From Promethearchaeota archaeon (GTDB lineage Archaea > Asgardarchaeota > Lokiarchaeia > Sigyniarchaeales > SOKP01): a DNA stretch of 27,453 bases. The notes beneath the pieces were generated by a model that did not search any database, had not been told where the DNA came from, and worked only from the letters and a program-made list of their open reading frames with translations. Positions 1 through 8,105 of this stretch are shown one piece after another. Position 1 is the first letter of the stretch. Each line of letters opens with the position of its first letter. A program made the position numbers and the translations under genes. The stretch is taken from the NCBI GenBank assembly GCA_048940925.1, contig JBHLOC010000055.1, positions 1-27,453 of the forward strand, read 5' to 3'.

Positions 1-219
1 AATAGTACAATTATCATCTAAATAATGATTGCAATGTCTACAAGTCTTTGCATCAAGTCGTTCTTTAAGAAATTCAGTGTTAGCTCTATAAGAAGCAGAG
101 TCGGTTAGAATGGGTGGTTTTTCTTCAAGTAGGTGATATTTTGAATGAGATTTACAATAAACGCGCCCATTATTCCTTATTTTAAATTCAGGTTTCATAA
201 TATCAAATGGAATTTTCAT
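1..219 (-). CDS. Partial (runs off window) Cys/His-rich hypothetical protein, probable Zn-binding N-terminus; not in ORF track
   Basis: Manual translation from ATG at 219 (alternative ATG 198) is open to base 1: MKIPFDIMKPEFKIRNNGRVYCKSHSKYH...KTCRHCNHYLDDNCTI. Starts 7 nt after the stop of 227..1033 on the same strand. Confidence 0.75.
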   Translation of the reverse strand, partial: MKIPFDIMKPEFKIRNNGRVYCKSHSKYHLLEEKPPILTDSASYRANTEFLKERLDAKTCRHCNHYLDDNCTI

Positions 220-226
220 ATTATAA

Positions 227-1033
227 TTAATTTTTATTTCTTTTATTTAACTTTTTTAAATCTCTTTCTGTCCAAACTTCTAATCCCTCTAATGCATAAT
301 CATTAAGATGATTTTGAGTTTTCTCTGAATTTAGCTTTTCAAAGTAATTTAGAAGATTCCTACCATTTCTCGTTAAATGATATCCTTTATTATTCCTTAT
401 CAAAGGAATTTTTGAAACTTCAAGTTCAATCATGATTTTACTGAGATTTCTTAATAAATACAGCTTTGATTTCTTTTTTAGCATAGGACTTTTAGTAATA
501 TACTTTCTAAATTGAGAATGCGAATTAATTCTTTTATTATCACATAATATTCGTAAAATCGATATTTTGTAATTTAATTCTTTTCTTAAAATGATAAAAT
601 CATATATTTTTTTAATAATTAAAATAAGTGGAGATACAATAAATAATAGGTACAAGACTGATAAATTAATTGTTAACGATATAGTCTCAATATTGACACT
701 AAATTTTGTCAGTTGAGCCCATAATGAAATATAAAAGCAATATAAAACTAAAATTGAACAAGAAAATATCAATCTTTTTAATGAATATGGTTTTTGAAAA
801 TATTTTAAAAGAGCAAGAAAAGTCATTGATGCTCCAATTAAAGTGGAAAAAATCATTAATTTTTGAAATTTTAAAAAATAATTGCTAAAACCAACTATAC
901 TCTCCGAAAAAAATTCTACTAGACTTGTATATACCATAAAGGGAATAAGGATAGTCATAAATAAATTAAGAAAAATATCAATTGTCGGTGGCAATATTGT
1001 TTTTAAATCCATATTATATTTTTTATTTCTCAT
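227..1033 (-). CDS. Membrane protein (about 4 N-terminal TM helices) with a C-terminal winged-helix-like domain
   Basis: Four hydrophobic segments in the first ~145 aa. C-terminal LIRNNKGYHLTRNGRNLL resembles the wing/terminal helix of wHTH domains. GGTGA lies 6 nt upstream of the ATG. Confidence 0.7.
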   Translation of the reverse strand: MRNKKYNMDLKTILPPTIDIFLNLFMTILIPFMVYTSLVEFFSESIVGFSNYFLKFQKLMIFSTLIGASMTFLALLKYFQKPYSLKRLIFSCSILVLYCFYISLWAQLTKFSVNIETISLTINLSVLYLLFIVSPLILIIKKIYDFIILRKELNYKISILRILCDNKRINSHSQFRKYITKSPMLKKKSKLYLLRNLSKIMIELEVSKIPLIRNNKGYHLTRNGRNLLNYFEKLNSEKTQNHLNDYALEGLEVWTERDLKKLNKRNKN

Positions 1034-1115
1034 TAGATTTCACCTTAATTAGTGCATGAAATACATACTGAATTTTATATTAAAATCACAAAATGTAAGG
1101 CAAAAATTATAGTAG

Positions 1116-1123
1116 GGAGGTGA
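1116..1123 (+). promoter_or_regulatory. Shine-Dalgarno GGAGGTGA, pointing to ATG 1129 as the real start of the 795-aa ORF
   Basis: GGAGGTGA then TTAAT then ATG. The GTG start in the ORF track lies inside the SD itself. TTTATATT at ~1074-1081 is a plausible TATA box. Confidence 0.65.
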
Positions 1124-1128
1124 TTAAT

Positions 1129-3507
1129 ATGTGTGCTGAAAAAGTAGAAATACCTTTAATAAAATTCGAAGGGAATGCTTCAGCTCCAATTTTGAGATAT
1201 GATTTACCAAGTCCCTCGTCATATGAGGGGAGAAATTATATTGAACTTGATGTACCTGAAGATTATTTTATAGAAGAACATATTATTGTTCCTCCAGAGT
1301 TTCTCCAGAACAACTCAACGACAGAAACAGAATCATCAAGTTCAATAGATGAATATATTGAGTTTCTTCTAAAAGATTTTTTAGTTACTAACGAGGAAAT
1401 AATACGTGAATATATACAGAATATATCAATTGAACAACTAGAACAGCAAATATACTACTTCACGCTAACACAAAACGAAAGTACTAAAAAAAAGATTTCT
1501 GAGACAATAAGTAAAGCAAAAACAGAAATTCAACAAAGGTCAGCAGCCTTAGAAAATGTCGCCCTAAAAGGAAAAGCAACCGCATCATCTTGTTTAAAGG
1601 GAAATGTTAAACATAAAACAGCACATCTCAACGATGGTTTATTTGGCAATTCTCGTAGTTGGATTGCTGTTGATGTTGATGCATGGGCAAAAATTGAATT
1701 AACTGAACCTAGAGTTATAACCAAAGTTGTGTTTGGAAGAGATGAAAAAGGGGGTGGGAGTGATAGAGATCCTGGAAATGTAGATGTTTATTATTCTGAT
1801 GATGACATAACATATACTATGGCTTCAAACCAAGTAAAAGTAATACAAGGAACGGAGACAACTTACAACGGGAACTTAAAGGCAGGACAAAATGCTGAAT
1901 ATACGTTTACTCCTTTCATGGCAAAATATATTAAATTATATAAAGTAAACAAAAATGGTTGTATTGACGAGCTTGAAATCTACAGTCCCTCTACTTACGG
2001 AGTAGCATTTGAAAAAATAGCTGGTGAAATGGAATTGAAATTAATGTTGTTTAAATACTATATACAATTATCTTTGGAACTTGAAAGAAGAATCCCTTTT
2101 TTTTATAAGACCATGGGAGGAAATTATAAATTAAGGAGTATTAAATGTCCTGATTTTAAACCAAGACTTATATTTATTGAGACTTACAGGTTAACTTCCT
2201 TTCCAGGAGATTATGGTGCAGGGACAGCAATAAAGACACTCTCTCTTCTTCCAAAAGAAGAAACAGAAATTAGCATTAAGACCTGGAAAAAGACGATAGC
2301 TTCTATAAAAGAAGCATCTTCTATATTAGACTCATACACAGAAGATAAGGCTGATGAATTTGAGGATAATGTTCAAAAAGAAAGTTCTAAAACAAATAAA
2401 ATCGACGAATCTGTTGCCTATCATTTGGAAGCGTCTGCAAAAACAACTTTTGGTTGCAGCCCCCCTCCAGGTCTGGGAGGCCCAAAAATTAAGACAGATT
2501 CAACTATCGAATCAGGTGTTAAAGGAAGTACAAATTCTTCTAGAGAATCAATGTCTAGAAATGTTATGAATGCAACCGAAAAACATGCTCAAAAATCTAG
2601 TGCTAAGCGTGAAGTTAACATTGACACGAGTTATGAGAGGACAGAAGATATGGGAGAAGAAGTAGTTATTACAAGAAGGATTGAAAATTTAAATGCCAGC
2701 AGAACATTAAATTTTACTTTTCGTCAGATGAATCAACAGTATCATTCCCTTTTACATCTTATTGATTTAAAACTTGCATTTTATAATGGAAAACCAGGTA
2801 GTATGGAAGAATTCGAATTATCTGAGCTAGCTGAATTAGCTAAAAAATATTTTAAAGATCCAATTGCTGGATTTAAGGAGCTTAAACAGTACATAATCGA
2901 CGAATATACCAATGTATTTGATTACAAGGGAGAACCCCAGGCTCTTATCGAAGAAATCTTTCCAGATATAATAATTAACAGTATCGCTTCTATTAATAGC
3001 AATACTGAAGTTCAAGAGACCATAAATGAAGCGGATATCAATGATTGGGGAGATTTGTTAACCAGTTATTTAAGGATAATTCCTCCTAAAGAGATAAACG
3101 GTAAATTGATTGGGAAACAAGAATATATAATGCAAGAAGCAGATGAAGAAAACGGTCAGCAAAAAGATGTAAGATATCTCGACGGTATTATAATTTCAAA
3201 TAAAGTATTAACCATGAAGACTGATGGTGTGATAGTAGAAGCTTTATTAGGGCAAGTAGATGCTTTAGATCAATTTGCAGTTGAAGCTAGGAAAGAAAAA
3301 ATAAGGGAAGAAAAGTATGAGAACAATCTTAAAAAAGCACATTATAAGAAGATAATGGCAGGTGTCAATATTATAAATGAATTAATCACAGATAAAGAAT
3401 ATGATAAAGCAATTACAGCTTATAGAGAGATTTTTGGTGTACAAGAAGGAATCAAATATCTTGGTGAGACATTTAATCAACGGCTTGAAATTGAAAAAAA
3501 GACTTAA
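1129..3507 (+). CDS. Large hypothetical protein: F5/8 type C (discoidin/galactose-binding-like) domain plus C-terminal Ser/Thr-rich putative beta-pore-forming domain
   Basis: ENVALKGKATASS...AHLNDGLFGNSRSW...WAKIELTEPRVITKVVFG...AKYIKLY...IDELEIY is a typical F5/8C pattern (~1549-1986). The C-terminal half has a long polar alternating-pattern stretch (~2377-2740). No N-terminal signal peptide. Confidence 0.75.
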   Translation: MCAEKVEIPLIKFEGNASAPILRYDLPSPSSYEGRNYIELDVPEDYFIEEHIIVPPEFLQNNSTTETESSSSIDEYIEFLLKDFLVTNEEIIREYIQNISIEQLEQQIYYFTLTQNESTKKKISETISKAKTEIQQRSAALENVALKGKATASSCLKGNVKHKTAHLNDGLFGNSRSWIAVDVDAWAKIELTEPRVITKVVFGRDEKGGGSDRDPGNVDVYYSDDDITYTMASNQVKVIQGTETTYNGNLKAGQNAEYTFTPFMAKYIKLYKVNKNGCIDELEIYSPSTYGVAFEKIAGEMELKLMLFKYYIQLSLELERRIPFFYKTMGGNYKLRSIKCPDFKPRLIFIETYRLTSFPGDYGAGTAIKTLSLLPKEETEISIKTWKKTIASIKEASSILDSYTEDKADEFEDNVQKESSKTNKIDESVAYHLEASAKTTFGCSPPPGLGGPKIKTDSTIESGVKGSTNSSRESMSRNVMNATEKHAQKSSAKREVNIDTSYERTEDMGEEVVITRRIENLNASRTLNFTFRQMNQQYHSLLHLIDLKLAFYNGKPGSMEEFELSELAELAKKYFKDPIAGFKELKQYIIDEYTNVFDYKGEPQALIEEIFPDIIINSIASINSNTEVQETINEADINDWGDLLTSYLRIIPPKEINGKLIGKQEYIMQEADEENGQQKDVRYLDGIIISNKVLTMKTDGVIVEALLGQVDALDQFAVEARKEKIREEKYENNLKKAHYKKIMAGVNIINELITDKEYDKAITAYREIFGVQEGIKYLGETFNQRLEIEKKT

Positions 3508-3537
3508 TTAATATATAAAAAATAAGCATTTAGAGGT

Positions 3538-4386
3538 ATGATAAAAATGTCAGATGACGATGAAAAAGATATTGAAGGAGATATACTAGAAGCACCAACA
3601 AATTCAGAAATCTATACCAACACAGAAAGGGTTATCCCTACTGGAAAAGAAAAAAAATCTGGAAGGACCAAAAAAAAAGCCGATGAAAAAACAGTTAAAG
3701 AGGAGATGCCATGGAGTAATATGTATTTTGAAGAAATCAAATGCCCGTGTGGCGGGTATTTAGACCCAGATCTTGGTCAATGTAGTGAATGTGGAAGAGA
3801 ATATGGTTTTGGAGCAGCAGAAATTGATATTACATTTGATAAATCTGCTATAGCCACTGGATTTGACATTAATATAGAGGATGTTCCAGAACTTGCAAGA
3901 AGAAATGTAAGCTCAATTGCAAAATTCGTTGAATATCATGCATGTAAATATTATGGGAAAGAAGTTAAATTTATCGTGTCTGAAGACCAACAAGCCAACC
4001 CTGATATCGTAGCAGATGTACCGGATTATTAGGATTTTCCTTGTTTTGAAGTAAGGTGTTTTAGAACAGAGAAAAATCCTGGGGTAAAATCTGATCCTGA
4101 GACATATTTTACACAATCTAGTAATCGTAACTTTAAAGGCTTATTACATAAACTCAAAATGGTAAATGGTTATTTTTTACTAGATGCTACCGATTTTCCA
4201 ACATGTAAGGCTTATGAAGTCCCAACTCCTACCGTTGTTGCATGGTTATTTTTAAAAGACGATACCTATAGACTTTCCGCGACAGGCAAAATCAAGACAA
4301 AAGATTTGATAACATTATTGAATAAAACTATTGACAAGGGAATTGTAAAAATAAAAGGTGAACACGCTTTCAAATTCTTACCTTAA
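3538..4386 (+). CDS. Zn-ribbon plus PD-(D/E)xK-like (restriction endonuclease fold) nuclease interrupted by one in-frame TAG at 4030-4032 (readthrough gene or recent pseudogene); joins ORFs 3538..4032 and 4159..4386
   Basis: Both ORFs share a frame, and the 126 nt between them are open: ...NPDIVADVPDY*DFPCFEVRCFRTEKNPGVKSDPETYFTQSSNRNFKGLLHKLKMVNGYFLLD... CPCGG...CSECG ribbon. Helix Glu (KFVEY), PD (4000-4005) and ExR (4048-4056) motifs. Start may be ATG 3547. Confidence 0.7.
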
Positions 4387-4629
4387 AGAATATAGATAAT
4401 AATAGAAAAAGATGTCAATCAGAGTCCACTTACTATATCAGGAATAGTTATTATTCATAGAAAATTTTATATTATAATCAATACTTGAATTTTTTTGTAT
4501 TATAAAAATCCAGTAGTCATAATTATATTTTTGTTAAAAAGAAAAAATATTAGTGTTTATTTCCCTTTTTTCGTGGAAAACTATTGAGAATTAAGAATTT
4601 GGTGAGAAATTATTATCCCTGATGTTCTA

Positions 4630-5721
4630 TTGCAGAGAATCGATGAGGATGAAATTATTTTATATAAATCTCCAAAAATAGTGAATAAAAAAGCGATGAT
4701 TTTTTCAACAGTATTAATGGTGGGAGGTTTAGATACCTTTTTTATCCTATTTTTATATGCTTTAGATGATTTTCTTATAAGTATTCTTACAATAAGTTTA
4801 TTACTTATAGTATTTAATCCAATTATAATACGTTTCAATAATAAAACTGAAAAAAAAATATGTTATTTTCTATTAACAAATATAAATCTCTATGTGTATC
4901 ATTATGAGAAATCTCCTTTACTTTCAGAAAATGTACATTCCTATCCTTTAACTTCTTTTAAAGGTATTGTTTTTCATAAAAGGTTTTTTGATAAAAATTT
5001 TGATTCTGGAACAATTGAATTTGTAACTAATGAATTAATTCCAAAAAAAATTTCAATAAAAAATGTCCCTAATATTCAAAAACTTCAAAATCTTATCGAA
5101 TCTATATTTTTTTACTATGGAAATGTTGAAGAGAGGTTGAGACAAATTTGTAATGAAACTGATTACCAATTTCCTCAAATTTATGATATTTCAATTGTAA
5201 AATTGAAGCAACTAAAAAAGTTAAAAGTAATATACTTGGTTGTATTTATTCTTAATCCTATTTTCTGTTATCTATTAAATTATATAATATCTCTTTTCGT
5301 TAATGAATTAGTTGTTACAGTTGTAATTTATTCCTGCGGCGTAGCTTTTGCTATTATTGTACTTACTCAAATTTTTAGAATGGTAAAAAGAACATCTTAT
5401 AAAAATAATCAATTAGTTTTCAGTGAAAATGAATTTCTGCTTAAAATGAAAAAAACTTCATATAAAATTCCTCTCAATAAAAAAACCACAATCAATTTTG
5501 AATTTAGTAAAGGTCCGCTTGTGAGTCATAGAAATATATTAGAGAATTATGATTTTATTAAAATTAGCAAGTCATATAATTCAAAGGAATTTATCAAATT
5601 TGGACCGTTTACCAAGTTACCTTACATTCTAAACTTCTTATTTAGTTATATCTTAGTATGGAAATCAAACCATGGATATCTTTTATCAAAAGAAGAAATT
5701 ATTAAACTCAATCTGAAGTGA
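4630..5721 (+). CDS. Membrane protein with bacterial-type PH domain(s) (two TM-hairpin + soluble-domain modules)
   Basis: Two TM pairs. YFLLTNINLYVY...HKRFFDKNFDSGTIEFVT...ISIKNVPNIQKLQNLI fits a bPH-like pattern. True start uncertain (possible ATT at 4612). Confidence 0.65.
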   Translation: MQRIDEDEIILYKSPKIVNKKAMIFSTVLMVGGLDTFFILFLYALDDFLISILTISLLLIVFNPIIIRFNNKTEKKICYFLLTNINLYVYHYEKSPLLSENVHSYPLTSFKGIVFHKRFFDKNFDSGTIEFVTNELIPKKISIKNVPNIQKLQNLIESIFFYYGNVEERLRQICNETDYQFPQIYDISIVKLKQLKKLKVIYLVVFILNPIFCYLLNYIISLFVNELVVTVVIYSCGVAFAIIVLTQIFRMVKRTSYKNNQLVFSENEFLLKMKKTSYKIPLNKKTTINFEFSKGPLVSHRNILENYDFIKISKSYNSKEFIKFGPFTKLPYILNFLFSYILVWKSNHGYLLSKEEIIKLNLK

Positions 5722-5786
5722 AATACTACTTTTACTCTTCTTACTTCTAAATTTCGTTATAACTTTCTTAAAGAATACAATTAAAC

Positions 5787-7067
5787 TCAAATTAATTCCT
5801 TACGTAATTCTAATGCTGGTTTATAGTTAGGATCAAGTCTTAAACATCTTGAATTTGCTTCTTTGGCAATTCCAGCCTTACCGCTGCAATAGTATGATTT
5901 AGATAACATGTGCCAAGCCTGAGGATCTTCTGGTTTAATTTCTGTCACATGTAGGAAAATTTCGGAAGCATTTTTATACTTTTTAATGTTAAAATATATC
6001 TCTCCTAAATATTCTAGAATCTCAACATTTTCAGGATCATGATTTAATGCTTTCTTAAACATCTTTAAAGCCTTTTTAGTATATTCTAAAGAATAATAAG
6101 CAATACCTAAATTCTTATATAGATGTGTCAAAACAAAACTTTTTGAAGATCTTACAAAAAAGGTTGATATTAGAGAAAACGAAAATGTAGTCAAAGTTAA
6201 AGCTTTTAATAAAACTTCAATTGCTTCTTCATATTCTCCACATTTAATATATGCTTCTCCTAATTTATTCAATGCTTGGATGTTTAAAGTTAGATTTTTA
6301 GAAGATTCTTCGACTAATGAAATACCTCTATCCCCTGATATTGGAAAATGTTTAATTATAAAATTAAACTCTATTTTCGCTTTTTCAGGCTCTTTATTCT
6401 TCAGATAGAAAGAACCTAGAAGGTAATGAGTAATAACGTTTTTTTCATCAATCTCTAAAGCTTTATCAAATGCATTTTTAGCATCCTCATATTTTTCCAT
6501 AGAAAAATAACTAAATCCTAGAGAATTCCATAATTCAATATCTTGAGAATACTTTTCTAAAGCAATTCTAAGAATATCAGAACTGTGCGATGACCATCCG
6601 ATTTTAGAGAAATGAAATGCAGTACTGAAATTTATATCTATAACTTCTGAAGGGTAATGTGGAGGTAGGTGAATTTCTAAAAATGGTTCATCTTTATTAT
6701 CTTTAAAATAATTTTTGAGAGAAGTTGAGAAAGAAAGTTTTTGTAATTCTTCCTTTTTTTCTAGATGAAATTCCTCTAAATATCCTTTAAAAATCTTTAA
6801 TGCTTGATCAAAACTCTCGAGCCGATCATATGCGAAGAAGAGGTTATTCAAAGCAGGTCTATAGTCTTGCTTTAACTTCAGAACTTTTTCACATAATTGT
6901 ACAGCTTTTTTATATTGACCTTTTAAATTAAAAGCTTCAGCTAATTGATTTAATAACTCAATTGAGTTAGGATTTACTTTTAGCTTTGTATTACATTCCT
7001 CAATAATATTGTTTAATCTTGTATCTCTTGCATTTAAATCTACTATTTTTTTTATGAAATCTGACAT
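5787..7067 (-). CDS. Tetratricopeptide repeat (TPR) protein
   Basis: Multiple 34-aa TPR-like units, e.g. WNSLGFSYFSMEKYEDAKNAFDKALEIDEKN and YKNLGIAYYSLEYTKKALKMFKKALNHDPEN. Confidence 0.9.
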   Translation of the reverse strand: MSDFIKKIVDLNARDTRLNNIIEECNTKLKVNPNSIELLNQLAEAFNLKGQYKKAVQLCEKVLKLKQDYRPALNNLFFAYDRLESFDQALKIFKGYLEEFHLEKKEELQKLSFSTSLKNYFKDNKDEPFLEIHLPPHYPSEVIDINFSTAFHFSKIGWSSHSSDILRIALEKYSQDIELWNSLGFSYFSMEKYEDAKNAFDKALEIDEKNVITHYLLGSFYLKNKEPEKAKIEFNFIIKHFPISGDRGISLVEESSKNLTLNIQALNKLGEAYIKCGEYEEAIEVLLKALTLTTFSFSLISTFFVRSSKSFVLTHLYKNLGIAYYSLEYTKKALKMFKKALNHDPENVEILEYLGEIYFNIKKYKNASEIFLHVTEIKPEDPQAWHMLSKSYYCSGKAGIAKEANSRCLRLDPNYKPALELRKELI

Positions 7068-7366
7068 CTTTAATAATAATCTAAAATAATATGATTAAAA
7101 AAATCTAAATTTAAGTCTTATGTTAAAGTAGAATTTTTCAATAATAATATTTATCTTCTAACCTAAAATTAAAATAAAAGTAAATATAATTAAATAAAAG
7201 TTTTGACAAGAAAGGAATGTACAGTACTTTATTACTACTTAGTCTCCTCTTAGAGATATGTTATACAAAATTTTAATACCCTCAATTTAAAAAATTCTCA
7301 CGCTTAAATATTTATCAACTCACGGAACCTTTTCCATTTCCGTATTGAATTTCTATAGTTAAACCC

Positions 7367-7391
7367 GGGCGAGTCTTTCACTGGCTCGCCC
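7367..7391. other. GC-rich stem-loop in intergenic DNA
   Basis: GGGCGAGTC-TTTCACT-GGCTCGCCC forms a 9-bp stem with one G-U on the + strand. A second smaller inverted repeat, ACGGAA...TTCCGT, lies at 7322-7343. Confidence 0.7.
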
Positions 7392-7686
7392 TTATCTTTT
7401 AATTATAATCTCTGTATTTATATTAACTTTACAAATTCGTTTTAAATTGATTTTTTATTAAATTTTTAATTAAATCTGACTTTTTCAGTGTAATTTTAAC
7501 TTTTACTATTCTCTTAAAAAGCTGTAAACTTTGTCCAAGAGTAAGAAAAGCTATGCATATAAATACTGTTAAGTTAAGAAGATATTCGTCAAACAGGAGA
7601 AAGTATAAAATACCAAAAAATAGAAAGAAAATTCCTAAATGACTTTTAAGTTTCCCGGCGCTTCACTTATCATTTCTTGGAATCCA

Positions 7687-7907
7687 TTATGAACTTCTCC
7701 ATCCGACCTCTATAAACCCTAAAATAGCATCGTATAATGGACAAGTCCACATTTTACAACCCTTCGGACCCAAACCATAAGGTACAATGCTTTCTCCTTT
7801 AAATTCTCCTACTCTTGTCTTGATTTTTCCTTTTTTAGTCTCTTTGGTTTCGATAACGAAAAAATCTCTATATAAATTTATTTACTGCAATATAGACACT
7901 TACCTAT
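7687..7907 (-). pseudogene. Frameshifted small Zn-ribbon-type gene remnant
   Basis: IGKCLYCSK (frame A, TAA at 7878-7880) continues after a 1-nt shift as INLYRDFFVIETKETKKGKIKTRVGEFKGESIVPYGLGPKGCKMWTCPLYDAILGFIEVGWRSS*. The second CxxC reads CPLY and the presumed start reads ATA. Confidence 0.55.
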
Positions 7908-8105
7908 ACTATACACTATGAGTTTCGAGTATAATTAGTTAATTTAGATTTTTTAGCCTTAAAGCGAAAAAGATTATCTTTTTATTTTGCTTTTTTAGCT
8001 CTGAAGCTCTTTAAGCTTAAATAACTTCAATTTTTGGACAAAGATATTATATAGTTAGATAGTATTACTTTACATAATAATCTATACGTTTTTAGTGAAA
8101 TTAGC

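Noticed and set aside
3538-4386. Classical type II restriction-modification system
   Set aside because: No DNA methyltransferase nearby. The two methyltransferases in the window are distant and lack DPPY/NPPY or PC motifs.
7322-7665. Selenocysteine at TGA 7663-7665 with the downstream hairpins as SECIS
   Set aside because: The frame has a TAA eight codons upstream and no start codon, there is no redox-motif context, and I could not identify SECIS consensus features.
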